Source: Planctomycetota bacterium (GTDB lineage Bacteria > Planctomycetota > GCA-002687715 > CAIWVZ01). From it: a stretch of DNA of 64,000 nt. Both the position numbers and the translations under genes were made by a program. The notes under the pieces were generated by a model that worked only from the letters and a program-made list of their open reading frames with translations, did no database searches and was not told the DNA's origin. The stretch spans positions 32,001 through 96,000 of the forward strand of contig JBGANV010000005.1 in NCBI GenBank assembly GCA_044222185.1. The letters are read 5' to 3'. Positions 1 through 10,414 of the stretch are shown here, in pieces. Positions within the stretch are counted from its first letter, which is position 1. The number at the start of each line of letters is the position of its first letter.

Positions 1-2
1 AC

Positions 3-365
3 CCGCACGCGACCATCGGCATTGCCGACAGCCGATTGGACACCGAGATCTGGACTCGCGAACGCCCGGACATCATCTGGCTCGACACGTTCGACGTCTT
101 CGAGCCACAATTCACTCAAGTCCCGATGCCGGAGTCGCAGCCCGACGACCCAGGCTCACGCGTGCGCGCTGCGCTCGCAATCTTCATGGCGAGCCGTCAT
201 CGGTGGTGGACGGCACCGTACCTCGTGCTGCCATGCATCGGGGAGGACTACGATCCGTGTGTCACGACGGTGAACGACCGATATCGGATCCTCTGGTTCG
301 CCCGCCGCACGTCACGCGCGGCCTTCGATGCGCGGCTGAAGTCCGCAGGCTTCCGGCACGGCTGA
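3..365 (+). CDS. 5'-truncated hypothetical protein (C-terminal fragment)
   Basis: The frame of the 36..365 ORF is open back to the window edge (PHATIGIADSRLDTEIW...) and ends TGA at 365. No recognisable motif. Confidence 0.5.
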   Translation, partial: PHATIGIADSRLDTEIWTRERPDIIWLDTFDVFEPQFTQVPMPESQPDDPGSRVRAALAIFMASRHRWWTAPYLVLPCIGEDYDPCVTTVNDRYRILWFARRTSRAAFDARLKSAGFRHG

Positions 366-480
366 ACGGCGCGTGCGGCGGCACAGACGCTGGCGTCGCC
401 GCAATGTCACGGTGTCAGCTTCCGCAGCCCGTGCGACGGGCGTCGTGAACGCGCGCCGGGCAGCGATAAGCTGCCCCGCC

Positions 481-1692
481 ATGCCAAACGCATTCCCGGC
501 CGCGGTGGGTGACCTCTCGAAGCACTGGACGCTCGATCCGAACGTCGTGTTCCTCAATCACGGCTCCTTCGGCGCCTGCCCGCGCGTGGTGCTCGACGAG
601 CAGACGAGATGGCGCGAGCGCCTCGAGCGGGAACCGGTGCTGTTCCTCGGCCGCGAGATCGAGCCGCTCCTCGACGAAGCGCGCGCCGCGCTCGGAAGGT
701 TCCTCGGCTCGCACGCCGACAACCTCGCGTTCGTGTCCAATGCGACCGCCGGCGTCAACGCGGTGTTGCGCTCCCTCCGCTTCGCGCCCGGTGACGAGAT
801 CGTCGTCCTGGATCAGGAGTACAACGCGACCACGAACGCAGCGATCGCCGTCGCCGAGCGGGCTGGCGCCAACGTCATCGTCGTCCGCACGCGGTTCCCG
901 CTGGAGTCGCCGACCGAGATCGTGACGCCCGTCGTGAGTGCACTCGGGCCGAAGACGAAGCTCGTGATCATCGACCATGTCACGAGCCAGACCGGACTCG
1001 TCCTCCCCGTCGAGCCGGTCATCGCGGCTTGCCGTGCACGCGGAATCCGCGTGCTCGTCGACGGCGCGCACGCTCCCGCCATGCTGCCGCTCGCCCTCGA
1101 CGAGCTCGGCGCGGACTTCTACACGGGCAACTGCCACAAGTGGCTCTGCGCGCCCAAGGGCGCTGCGTTCCTCTACGTCCGACCCGATCACCACGACGCC
1201 ATCCGTCCCCTGTCGATCTCCCACGGCCTGAACTCCACGCGAACGGACCGCAACAAATACCGCCTCCTCTTCGACTGGACCGGCACGGACGACCCGACCG
1301 CGTTCCTCTGCGTTCCCGCGTCGATCCGTTTCCTCGAAACGCTCCTGCCGGGCGGAGTGAAAGCCGTGCGCGATCGTTGCCGGGCCACTTGCCTCGCGGC
1401 GCGGGATCGCATCCTCCAGGTGTTCGAGGCGCCACCTCCGGCACCGGAGTCCATGATCGGATCCCTGGCGACGATCCCCCTTCCCGCATGGGCTCGTGGC
1501 GATGCGCCGCCGCCGCTCTTCATCCACGCGATCCAGACCGAGCTGTTCGATCGCCATCGCATCGAGATTCCCGTGATGCCCTGGCCCGACGGCAACACCT
1601 GGCATCTGCGCCTCTCGGCCGCGGCCTACAACACCCCAGCCCACTACGAGGCACTCGCCGACGCCCTGACGACCATCCGCCGATCCCGTTGA
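481..1692 (+). CDS. PLP-dependent class V aminotransferase, isopenicillin-N epimerase / cysteine-sulfoxide lyase (CefD/Egt2-like)
   Basis: Motifs FLNHGSFGACP, VDGAHAP and DFYTGNCHKWLCAPKG (PLP Lys), plus WTGTDDP. ATG at 481 is preferred over the upstream GTG. Confidence 0.85.
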   Translation: MPNAFPAAVGDLSKHWTLDPNVVFLNHGSFGACPRVVLDEQTRWRERLEREPVLFLGREIEPLLDEARAALGRFLGSHADNLAFVSNATAGVNAVLRSLRFAPGDEIVVLDQEYNATTNAAIAVAERAGANVIVVRTRFPLESPTEIVTPVVSALGPKTKLVIIDHVTSQTGLVLPVEPVIAACRARGIRVLVDGAHAPAMLPLALDELGADFYTGNCHKWLCAPKGAAFLYVRPDHHDAIRPLSISHGLNSTRTDRNKYRLLFDWTGTDDPTAFLCVPASIRFLETLLPGGVKAVRDRCRATCLAARDRILQVFEAPPPAPESMIGSLATIPLPAWARGDAPPPLFIHAIQTELFDRHRIEIPVMPWPDGNTWHLRLSAAAYNTPAHYEALADALTTIRRSR

Positions 1693-1870
1693 CGCGGGGC
1701 GGGCGAAACCGCACTCCGGCGCGCGAACTCGCCACGAAGCGACGTCCCATCTGCTGCCGTTGGGCGTCATTCGCATCGGTCCATTCCGAGGCACGAGCGT
1801 TGCATCCCCCGACGTGCCCGGCCAAACTGCGCTTCACTCGGAGTCCGTCCATCACTCCGCGAGGCCCCGC

Positions 1871-4783
1871 ATGACCATGACCCGCCGTCCGCGTTCGTTC
1901 GCCGCCGTCATCTCATCCGCCGTCCTGTTGCTCGTCAGCGCGCCCGCCATGGCGCAGGTCTGCACCAGCGCCTGGTCCCAGAGCGTCTTTTCGGGAGCGG
2001 GCCTCACCGGCACGGCAAACGCCAGCGTCGTCTTCGACGAGGACGGCAGCGGCCCGCTCGGCGCCGTGCTCTTCGTCGGCGGCGACTTCACGGCAGCGGG
2101 CGGCATCCCGACCCTCGGCATCGCTCGTTGGAACGGGTCGACGTGGTCCGCGCTCTCGTCCCAGCTCGGGGGTGGGTGCCTCGACGTCGAGGCGCTCGCC
2201 GTCTTCGACGACGACGGTGCCGGTCCGACGCAGCCCGCGCTCTATGCCGGCGGGCACATCACCCTCGCGGGCGGCGTTGCGGCATTCAACCTCGCGCGAT
2301 GGAATGGATCGACATGGACCGCCGCGGGCGTCTTCGCCGGCGGCGACGTGCACGCGCTCTTCGTGTGGGACGAGGACGGCGCCGGAGCACAGCCCGCGCG
2401 GCTGTTCGCTGGCGGCAGCTTCACCACGGTGAACGGGATCGCCGTCCGCGGTCTCGCGCGCTTCGACGGGTCGAACTGGACCGACGTGGGCATCGCATCG
2501 GGCAACACCAATCCCTTCGATGCCCCGGTGACCGCGTTCTGCGAATGGGATCCCGACGGCGCCGGGCCCGCGGCACCGGCGCTGGCCGCTGCCGGTCACC
2601 CGTTCGGGACACCCGCGAGCACCGCGGCAACGGTCGTCGCCGGATGGAACGGTGCGACATGGTCGATCATCGGCCCGTCGCCGATGATCCTCGGCACGTG
2701 CCGGGCGATGCTCGGCTACGACTACAACTCGGGCGCTCCCAACCCGCGCATCCTCTTGATGGGCGGTGCGTTCCAGAGCGTGCCGCCGGCCGGCACGTTC
2801 CCAGTCGCGTACTGGAACGGCGCGACGGTGGTTCCGACTCCGGTCACCCCGGGCTACGACTTCGAAGCCCGCGCGCTCGCCCTCTTCGACGAGGACGGCG
2901 CGGGACCGAACCCGCCGTCTGCGTTCGCGTGCGGCGTCGTCCCCGGCCAGGCGGGGCACGCGGGATTGGCGCGTTGGACCGCAGGCACGCTCGCGTCGCC
3001 CGGCGGTACGACGGCGACGCTTCCGTCGGCACCGGCGAATGCGATGTCGGTGTTCGACGAGGACGGCGCCGGCCCAGCGACTTCCAAGCTGGTGATTGCG
3101 GGCTCGTTCGGCAGCGCCGGGCCGTCGCTGACCGCGCAGGGATTCGCCGCGTGGAACGGTTCCGCGTGGTCCGTTCCCGGTCGATCGATCTCCGGCTCGA
3201 TCCGCGCGCTGCTGCCGTTCGATGACGATGGGACCGGCCCGCTGCTCACGCAGATGTACGTGGCCGGCGATTTCTCCGTGACGACGCCCGACGGAACGCA
3301 AGCGACGTCGCTCGCGCGATGGACCGGCAACGCATTCGCGCCGGCGTGCGGTTCGTTCTCGGGGGCGATCAACGCGTTGACGCGGTGGGATCCCGACGGT
3401 GCCGGCCCGCTCCGAGACCGACTCGTCGCGGTCGGCCCGTTCGCCGCGAGCGCCTGCGGAAACTCGGCGAACGTGGCCGCGTGGACGGGGTTGGCCTGGT
3501 CCAGTCTCTCAGGCCAGGTCGGCGGAACGTCGATCCCGGGCCTCGTGTTCGGTGCAGGTCAGGCGCCGCGCGCCGTCTGCGCGTGGGATCCGGACGGCAC
3601 CGGACCGCAGTCCGAGCGACTCGTCGTCGGAGGCGATTTCTCCTACGCGGGCGGAGCGACCGGAACGGGCGGCATCGCCATCTTCGACGGTACGACTTGG
3701 AGCACGCCGGGCAGCGGCGTGGCCTGGGCGTCGCCCGGTACCGCACCTGCCGTCGTTCGCGCCGTGATCGCGTTCGACGATGACGCGACCGGTCCGAATC
3801 CGCCCGCGTTGATCGTCGGCGGTGATTTCGATCGGGCCGGGAACACGGCCGCCTCGCACATCGCCATGTGGCGGAACGGAACCTGGACGGCGCTGGGCGC
3901 CGGCACGAACGGCATCGTGCGCGCTCTCGCGATCCACGACGAGGACGGAGCGGGCCCGATCCCGCCGGCACTCTTCGCCGCCGGCACGTTCAATGCGCCC
4001 GCGCTCGGCGTGGCCCGATGGAACGGAACGGCATGGAGTCCCGTCGGCGCCGGCATCGGCTCGCCCGGCGGACCTGGCGGCGACGTGAATTCACTCGCGG
4101 TGCTCGACGAGGACGGTCCTCTTCCCGGCCTCGGAGTGCTCGTCGCGGGCGGAACGTTCACACAGGCCGACGGGCAGGCGATCACCAACGTCACGTGCTG
4201 GAACTCGGTCGGCTGGGGACCCTTCGCCTCGGGCCTGGCCTCGACGCCGGCGTCGTCGTGCTCCGGGCCCGTGTCTCTCAATCCCGCGCACGTCGACGCG
4301 ATGGCCACCCTTCCCGGAGATCCGACGAACGCGATCCCGGCCGCGCTGTTCGCCGGTGGATCGTTCGAGACGGCGGGTGGTTCGCCGTCGAGCGCCCTCG
4401 CGCGCTGGTCGCGCACTCCCGCGCGTCCGCTGACGCTCGCGACGTTCAACGGGCCTGGCTCGCTGCGGATCAGCCAGTCGTGGTGCGGCCCGGGCCAGCA
4501 CTACTTCACGGCGTTCAGTCTCGATCCGTCGAACGTCACGCAGCCGTACCTCGGTTCGTGGGGCGGCATGCACATCGCCTTCTCGGACCTTCTGGCCCAG
4601 TTCGGAACGTCCGTGGCGCCGTTCGTCGGAACGCTCAACCTCCTCGGCTCCGCGACGACGGTGTACCCGGCAGGCACGTTCACGTCCCTGGCGGGGACGA
4701 CGCTCCATGCCGTGACGCACATCTACGATCCGGTCACGGTGACGGTCACGGCCGTTTCCCCGGTTGCGTCGTACACGCTCTGA
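1871..4783 (+). CDS. Secreted surface protein with ~14 (F/W)DxDGxGP...GG.F...ARWNG..W repeats (probable double beta-propeller) and a C-terminal beta domain
   Basis: Signal peptide ...AVLLLVSAPAMA|Q. Repeats of ~60 aa start FDEDGSGP, FDDDGAGP, WDEDGAGA, WDPDGAGP and so on. Confidence 0.8.
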   Translation: MTMTRRPRSFAAVISSAVLLLVSAPAMAQVCTSAWSQSVFSGAGLTGTANASVVFDEDGSGPLGAVLFVGGDFTAAGGIPTLGIARWNGSTWSALSSQLGGGCLDVEALAVFDDDGAGPTQPALYAGGHITLAGGVAAFNLARWNGSTWTAAGVFAGGDVHALFVWDEDGAGAQPARLFAGGSFTTVNGIAVRGLARFDGSNWTDVGIASGNTNPFDAPVTAFCEWDPDGAGPAAPALAAAGHPFGTPASTAATVVAGWNGATWSIIGPSPMILGTCRAMLGYDYNSGAPNPRILLMGGAFQSVPPAGTFPVAYWNGATVVPTPVTPGYDFEARALALFDEDGAGPNPPSAFACGVVPGQAGHAGLARWTAGTLASPGGTTATLPSAPANAMSVFDEDGAGPATSKLVIAGSFGSAGPSLTAQGFAAWNGSAWSVPGRSISGSIRALLPFDDDGTGPLLTQMYVAGDFSVTTPDGTQATSLARWTGNAFAPACGSFSGAINALTRWDPDGAGPLRDRLVAVGPFAASACGNSANVAAWTGLAWSSLSGQVGGTSIPGLVFGAGQAPRAVCAWDPDGTGPQSERLVVGGDFSYAGGATGTGGIAIFDGTTWSTPGSGVAWASPGTAPAVVRAVIAFDDDATGPNPPALIVGGDFDRAGNTAASHIAMWRNGTWTALGAGTNGIVRALAIHDEDGAGPIPPALFAAGTFNAPALGVARWNGTAWSPVGAGIGSPGGPGGDVNSLAVLDEDGPLPGLGVLVAGGTFTQADGQAITNVTCWNSVGWGPFASGLASTPASSCSGPVSLNPAHVDAMATLPGDPTNAIPAALFAGGSFETAGGSPSSALARWSRTPARPLTLATFNGPGSLRISQSWCGPGQHYFTAFSLDPSNVTQPYLGSWGGMHIAFSDLLAQFGTSVAPFVGTLNLLGSATTVYPAGTFTSLAGTTLHAVTHIYDPVTVTVTAVSPVASYTL

Positions 4784-4813
4784 ACCGGCGGGCGGGCGGG
4801 CGGCGACGCCCGC

Positions 4814-5407
4814 TCACGCCTGATCCGCGGACATCCAACGGCGGACCGCGGGCAGCTCGTGCGTGGAGAGCCGATCGAGAAGTGCCGCTGGCGAGGATTC
4901 GATCACGATCAGGTCGCGGTATTGGGATTTGACGAAGCCGCGCGCCACGCCGTCGTCCACGAGGTTGCGGAATGCCCGGAAGTAGCCCGCGACGTCGAGG
5001 ACGCCGATGGGCTTGGTGTGGATGCCGAGCTGTGCCCAGGTCATGACCTCGAACAGCTCTTCGTAGGTTCCGAATCCACCCGGCATGGCGATGAACGCGT
5101 CCGACAGCTCGGCCATCATGGCCTTGCGCGCATGCATCCCCGGAGTGATGTGGAGCTTCGTCAGGCCGAAGTGGGCCACCTCTCGCGTCGCGAGCCCCTC
5201 GGGGATCACGCCGATCACTTCACCGCCTCCTGCAAGCACGGCATCCGCGGTGACTCCCATGAGCCCGATGCTCCCGCCGCCGTAGACGAGGCCTACGCGT
5301 CGCTCGACGAGGAGACGGCCCAATGCCGTCGCCGCCTCGCGAAACGCCGGATCATCCCCCGTGCTCGAGCCGCAGAACACGCAGACGCGACGAAGGTCCC
5401 GCTTCAC
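4814..5407 (-). CDS. LOG family nucleotide phosphoribohydrolase (TIGR00730-like)
   Basis: Motifs VCVFCGSS, LVYGGG..GLMG, MHARK and PGGFGTYEE. The GTG start overlaps the dapF stop (GTGA), with AAGGAG upstream. Confidence 0.9.
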   Translation of the reverse strand: MKRDLRRVCVFCGSSTGDDPAFREAATALGRLLVERRVGLVYGGGSIGLMGVTADAVLAGGGEVIGVIPEGLATREVAHFGLTKLHITPGMHARKAMMAELSDAFIAMPGGFGTYEELFEVMTWAQLGIHTKPIGVLDVAGYFRAFRNLVDDGVARGFVKSQYRDLIVIESSPAALLDRLSTHELPAVRRWMSADQA

Positions 5408-6315
5408 GCCAACTCCTTGGGCGGCTCCCAATCGCCGCGAAACACTTCCGTCGCCGGTCCGATCATCATCACGTGCCCGTCGTCCTCACGCCAGGTGACG
5501 TCGAGCAACCCGCCGGGGACGGTGACGGCCACGTGGCGCCCATGCCGCTTCCCGAGAACGCCCGCCACGACGGCGGCGCAGGCGCCGGTGCCGCAGGCCA
5601 GCGTGATCCCGCTTCCCCGTTCCCACGTCCGCATGGTGATCGTCTCGTCGCCGGTCACCTGAACGACGTTCACGTTCGTCCGCCGCGGGAACAACGCGTG
5701 GTGTTCGATCCGCGGGCCGACGACCTCCAGGGGAACGGCCGCGACGTCGCGGCACCAGAGCACCGCGTGCGGAGGTCCCATGGAGAGCGTCGTCATCGAG
5801 GGAACGAGGCCGCATCCCTCGATCCAGTCCGTCCCGCCATCGACGACGAGTGCGTCGAGCACGGAATCGAGGGGCCGCTCGACCCATGGGTTTCCATCCG
5901 GCGACGCCACCGGAACGAGACTCGGCTCCAGGATCGGCTCCCCCATGTCGACCGTGACGCGCGCGACCTTGCCGTCGGGGCCCACGTCGTAGGCGAGCGT
6001 GAGCACGCCGCGCCCCGTCTGCACGCGCATGGGATTGCGCCGCGTGAGGCACAGGTCGTGCGCGAACTTGCACACGCAACGGATGCCGTTCCCGCACATC
6101 TCGGCCTCGAGCCCGTCGGCGTTGAACATCCGCATGCGAACGTCGGCGTTCACGCCCGGTTCGGGCGGAAGGATGAGAATCAGACCGTCGCTCCCGACGC
6201 CGAAGTGCCGGTCGGAAACGGCGATGGCGATCCGACTCGGCTCGGTCACGCGCTCCTGGAACCCGTTCACGTAGACGTAGTCGTTCCCGAGACCGTGCAT
6301 CTTCACGAAGCGCAT
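5404..6315 (-). CDS. dapF: Diaminopimelate epimerase
   Basis: KMHGLGNDY, EMCGNGIRC and ERGSGITLACGTGACA; both catalytic Cys are present. Confidence 0.93.
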   Translation of the reverse strand: MRFVKMHGLGNDYVYVNGFQERVTEPSRIAIAVSDRHFGVGSDGLILILPPEPGVNADVRMRMFNADGLEAEMCGNGIRCVCKFAHDLCLTRRNPMRVQTGRGVLTLAYDVGPDGKVARVTVDMGEPILEPSLVPVASPDGNPWVERPLDSVLDALVVDGGTDWIEGCGLVPSMTTLSMGPPHAVLWCRDVAAVPLEVVGPRIEHHALFPRRTNVNVVQVTGDETITMRTWERGSGITLACGTGACAAVVAGVLGKRHGRHVAVTVPGGLLDVTWREDDGHVMMIGPATEVFRGDWEPPKELA

Positions 6316-6331
6316 GAATCTCCCGCGGGCT

Positions 6332-8107
6332 TCAGTTCAGCCGGATCTCGAGCGGCATGACGGCCCACACGCGGAACGGCGCACGGTTCTCCAACGCGTC
6401 GGCCAGGATGCGCAGTGGCGTCGTCATGGTGAAACCACCGAGCTGGGCCGCCTTCAACTGCGACGGCTCGAAGATGGAGGCGCCGCCAAAGACCTGCTCG
6501 AGCATGGCCAACGGGTTGTTGTCGGGTTGGGGGAACGCGACGAGCGGCAGCTCGGACTTGGTCTTGTCCTTCAGCCAGGCGACGGCGTCGCCGAGACCGC
6601 CGATCTTGTCGACGAGGCCCAGGTCGAGCGCTTGCTTGCCGGTCCACACGCGCCCACCGGCGATCTCGAGCAGCCGCTCGGGCTTCATGTCCTTGCGAAC
6701 TTCCAGGATCCGCGCGCGGAAGTGGTCGTAGAACGTGAGGACGTGTGTCTGAAGCTGTTCGAGCTGCGTGTCGGTGAGTGGCCGAAACATGTCCGTCATC
6801 CCGGAGGAGTCGTCGAGCGAGATGATCTCGTTCTTCAGGCCGATGCGGCGGGCGAGCGCACCGATGTTGGGTCGCATCCCGAACACGCCGATCGATCCGG
6901 TGATCGTCGAGTGCTCGGCGAAGATCGGGCCACCGATCATCGACACGTAGTAGCCGCCCGACGCCGCGAGGTCGCCCATGGAAACGACGACGGGCTTCTT
7001 CGTCGCGAGCTCGCGCAGGGCGAGCACGATCGCCTCGCTGGCGGTACCCGACCCTCCCGGCGAGTTCACCCGCACGACCACGCCCTTGATCTTCGCGTTG
7101 TCCCGCAGCTCCTTGACGAGCGTCACGGTCGGGCCGGACACGATGGAGCCGGGGCTCTCCTTGTCGCCATCGACGATCTCGCCCGAGAGGTGCAGGACGG
7201 CGAAGGAGTCCTCGGCCACTTCCTTTTTCGCCTTCGACGAGCCCGAGAGCATGGCGAGGAAGTTGAACGGCTCCTTCTTCTTCTTCTTGGGCACCGACTC
7301 GAACGACGCGACGCCCGTCGGATCGACGGCGAAACGCGCCCCGCGCCAGCCGACCAACTCGTCGACCAGGCCGGCGGCCTTGGCGTCACTCGCGGAGAAC
7401 AGCCGGCGGGCCTGCGCGGCGTGGACCTTCTCCGGCGTGATCTTGCGGTGTGTCGAGACGACGGCGACGAGGCGCTCGTTCATGGACGCGATCATGTCCA
7501 CGTAATGCTGGCGCAGATGCGAGCTCATCTCCGAGAGCATGTACGGCTCGACCGCTCCCTTGAACTGGCCGGCCCGCATGATCTGGAATTGGACGCCCAG
7601 GAGGTCGAGAGCGTCCTTCATGAAGAGGATGCTGATCGAGGGCGCGGCGACCTCGAGCGAACCCACGTCGGCCATCAGCACCCGATCACAGAGCGACGCC
7701 ACGACGAACTGCGGCATGCCCGCGTTCTCGAGGTACGCGACGGTCTTGGCGCCAGCGGCGCGGAGGCGATCGACGGCACGCTCGAGTTCGGCGATCTGGG
7801 GCGCATTCACGTGGAAGGCAGGGTCGGAGAGGTCGAAGAGGACCTCGGACGCCGCCGGGTACGCGCAAAGCCCGTCCAGGTTGTCGATGAGCTCGTAGAA
7901 CGACGACGGCTTCGCGCCGCCACCGGCCAGCAACGACATGGATGAGAAGCCCTGCTCCGCCAGATCCTTGTACACGCCCGCGAGTTTCACCTCGTGGATC
8001 GTCCGCTTCTTCGACGACGCAGCGCGTGACTCGGACTGCGCCGTCAGGGGTGCGAGCGATACGAACAGGAGGATCGATAGGAGACTCACGCGGAATGCTG
8101 TGTTCAT
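6332..8107 (-). CDS. sppA: Signal peptide peptidase SppA (protease IV, tandem S49 domains)
   Basis: RVNSPGGS, SMGDLAASGGYY, TITGSIGVFG, GRVWTGKQA...GLVD. N-terminal signal. ATG at 8107 overlaps the copA stop (ATGA). Confidence 0.88.
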   Translation of the reverse strand: MNTAFRVSLLSILLFVSLAPLTAQSESRAASSKKRTIHEVKLAGVYKDLAEQGFSSMSLLAGGGAKPSSFYELIDNLDGLCAYPAASEVLFDLSDPAFHVNAPQIAELERAVDRLRAAGAKTVAYLENAGMPQFVVASLCDRVLMADVGSLEVAAPSISILFMKDALDLLGVQFQIMRAGQFKGAVEPYMLSEMSSHLRQHYVDMIASMNERLVAVVSTHRKITPEKVHAAQARRLFSASDAKAAGLVDELVGWRGARFAVDPTGVASFESVPKKKKKEPFNFLAMLSGSSKAKKEVAEDSFAVLHLSGEIVDGDKESPGSIVSGPTVTLVKELRDNAKIKGVVVRVNSPGGSGTASEAIVLALRELATKKPVVVSMGDLAASGGYYVSMIGGPIFAEHSTITGSIGVFGMRPNIGALARRIGLKNEIISLDDSSGMTDMFRPLTDTQLEQLQTHVLTFYDHFRARILEVRKDMKPERLLEIAGGRVWTGKQALDLGLVDKIGGLGDAVAWLKDKTKSELPLVAFPQPDNNPLAMLEQVFGGASIFEPSQLKAAQLGGFTMTTPLRILADALENRAPFRVWAVMPLEIRLN

Positions 8108-10407
8108 GAATGTCCTCGGTTGGACGGGGTGACGCTCGCCTGCGACGCGGCGCTCGCAACCCCGGATGATGCACCACCTCGGTCGGGACGCCAACGCGCC
8201 AGCCGCAGGCTGTTCGTGACGACTGACACGCTGCTGAGCGCCATGGCGACGCCCGCGAGCATCGGATCCATCTGCCACCCGGTGATCGGGTGAAGAACGC
8301 CGGCGGCGAGCGGGATCCCGAACGCGTTGTATACGAACGCAAAGAAAAGGTTCTGGCGGATCGTGCGGAAGGTCCGCTGGGCGAGGTCGAGCGCGTCCGC
8401 GACCCGCCCCAGATCACCGCCCAACAGGGTCACTCCAGCCGCTTCGAGCGCCACATCCGTGCCCGACGCCACGGCGAAACCGACGTCCGCGAGTGCCAGG
8501 GCCGGGGCGTCGTTGACGCCGTCGCCGACCATCGCAACCCGGTGCCCTTGGGCCTGATGGCTCCTGACGACGTCCACCTTCCCCTGCGGCCGCACGCCCG
8601 CGTGGATGGTCGAGATGCCGACCGCCTCACCGATCGCGCGGGCCGCGCCCGAATCGTCGCCGCTGACGAGCGCCAGCCGAAGCCCGCGGGCCGAAAGCTC
8701 CCTGACGGCTCCCTCGGCCGTCGGCGCCACGGCATCCGCGACGCCGATGACTCCGACGAGCGCACGCTCGATCACGACGAACGCGAGTGACCTGGCCTGC
8801 GACGTCAACCGCGCCACGTCGGGTCCGAGCCTGCCGACCTCGATACCGAGTGGCTGAAGGAGCGACGCTCCGCCTACGAGAACCCGTTTCCCGTCGAGGG
8901 TGACCTCGATGCCGGCGCCCGGAATCGACTCGAACGCCGTACCGTCCTGGAGTTCTCCGAAACGGGCCGACGCCGCCGCGACGATCGCTCCTGCGATCGG
9001 GTGTTCGGAAAGCCGCTCGGCGGCCCCCGCCAGCCTGAGCAGCGAGTCCTCGGTCCACGGCGCGACGGGAATCACGTCCGTCACCTGCGGACGGCCGACC
9101 GTGAGCGTCCCCGTCTTGTCGAAGAGCACGGTGTCGATGCCGGCGGAGGCCTGAAGCGAGTCGCCGCCACGAAAGAGGATGCCGTGGCGCGCGCCGCAAC
9201 CGATGCCGACGACGAGGGCCATGGGCGTCGCCAGGCCGAGCGCGCACGGGCACGCGATCACGAGCACGGCGATCGCCGCCGAATAGGCGTGGAGCCATCG
9301 CGGTTCCGGCCCGAACCAGGACCAGGCCGCGAACGTCGCCACGGCGACGACGAGGACGCCGGGCACGAAGCGCCGGCTGATCGCGTCGGCGAGGTCCGCG
9401 ATCGGCGCGCGTGATCCCTGCGCTTCCTCCACGAGACTCACGATCCGCCGCCAGAGCGTGTCGGCGCCCACGCGCGTCGCGCGGGCTCGCAGCGCGCCAG
9501 CTCCGTTCACCGTGCCGCCGATGAGCTCGGCACCCGGATCCTTGCGGCGCGGCATCGATTCGCCGGAGATGGCCGATTCGTCGACCGACGAACCGCCGTC
9601 GATGACGACGCCGTCCGTGGGAATCCGCTCCCCCGGCCGCACGACGAATTCGTCGCCCACGACGAGCTGGTCGACCGGAACGTCCGTTTCCACGCCTGCG
9701 ACGATCCGGCGCGCCGTCGGAGCGGAGAGGCCCACGAGCTTCTCGACGGCGAGCGACGTGCGGCGTCGGGCGCGCGATTCGAGGAAGCGACCGAGGAGGA
9801 CGAGCGTGACGATCACCGCGGCCGACTCGAACTGGACGTGCGTTCCGTGCGGAACACCAGCCACGAAACGCGGCGCGAGGGTCGCCACGACGCTCGATGC
9901 GAACGCAGCTCCGACCCCGAGCGCCACCAGAGTGTTCATGTCCGGGTTGTGCCGCCGCACGGCCTTCCACCCGTTCACGAAGAAGCTTCGTCCGCATCCG
10001 AGAACCACCGGCGCTGTCAGGACCAGCAGCACCAGATCACGGCCAGGAAACTGGATTCCGGCCATCTGGATCACGAACACGGGCGCGCTGAGCACCGCAG
10101 CGACGAGAACGAGCCGCCGCAGCCTGGCGACCTCCCGCTCCTCGAGCGCCTGGCGCTCGCTGGCTGCGCGTTGCGGCTCGGCTGCGATGGGGTGAAGCCC
10201 GTATCCGGCCGACGACGCGGCCTGCATCAGCGCATCCGCGGGGACGCCGGTCTGGGCCGTGACGCGAGCCTCTCGCGTCGCCAGGTTGACGTGAGCCGAG
10301 GCGACGCCCGGCACGCCGCGCAGCGCATCCTCCACGCGACCGACGCACGCCGCGCAGTGCATCCCTTCGACTCGGAAGCGATGTGTGTCCGTGGGAGGCG
10401 TGTTCAC
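8104..10407 (-). CDS. copA: Cu(I)-translocating P1B-type ATPase
   Basis: N-terminal HMA GMHCAAC, CPCALGLATP, DKTGTLT, SEHP, GDGVNDAPAL; TM motifs YN and MALSS indicate the P1B-1 subtype. Confidence 0.92.
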   Translation of the reverse strand: MNTPPTDTHRFRVEGMHCAACVGRVEDALRGVPGVASAHVNLATREARVTAQTGVPADALMQAASSAGYGLHPIAAEPQRAASERQALEEREVARLRRLVLVAAVLSAPVFVIQMAGIQFPGRDLVLLVLTAPVVLGCGRSFFVNGWKAVRRHNPDMNTLVALGVGAAFASSVVATLAPRFVAGVPHGTHVQFESAAVIVTLVLLGRFLESRARRRTSLAVEKLVGLSAPTARRIVAGVETDVPVDQLVVGDEFVVRPGERIPTDGVVIDGGSSVDESAISGESMPRRKDPGAELIGGTVNGAGALRARATRVGADTLWRRIVSLVEEAQGSRAPIADLADAISRRFVPGVLVVAVATFAAWSWFGPEPRWLHAYSAAIAVLVIACPCALGLATPMALVVGIGCGARHGILFRGGDSLQASAGIDTVLFDKTGTLTVGRPQVTDVIPVAPWTEDSLLRLAGAAERLSEHPIAGAIVAAASARFGELQDGTAFESIPGAGIEVTLDGKRVLVGGASLLQPLGIEVGRLGPDVARLTSQARSLAFVVIERALVGVIGVADAVAPTAEGAVRELSARGLRLALVSGDDSGAARAIGEAVGISTIHAGVRPQGKVDVVRSHQAQGHRVAMVGDGVNDAPALALADVGFAVASGTDVALEAAGVTLLGGDLGRVADALDLAQRTFRTIRQNLFFAFVYNAFGIPLAAGVLHPITGWQMDPMLAGVAMALSSVSVVTNSLRLARWRPDRGGASSGVASAASQASVTPSNRGHS

Positions 10408-10414
10408 CGGGATC

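Noticed and set aside
5770-5910. DapF GNPH to GPPH change and a short insertion
   Set aside because: Both catalytic Cys and the other motifs are intact, and this position varies among DapF proteins. Not enough to claim a new substrate.
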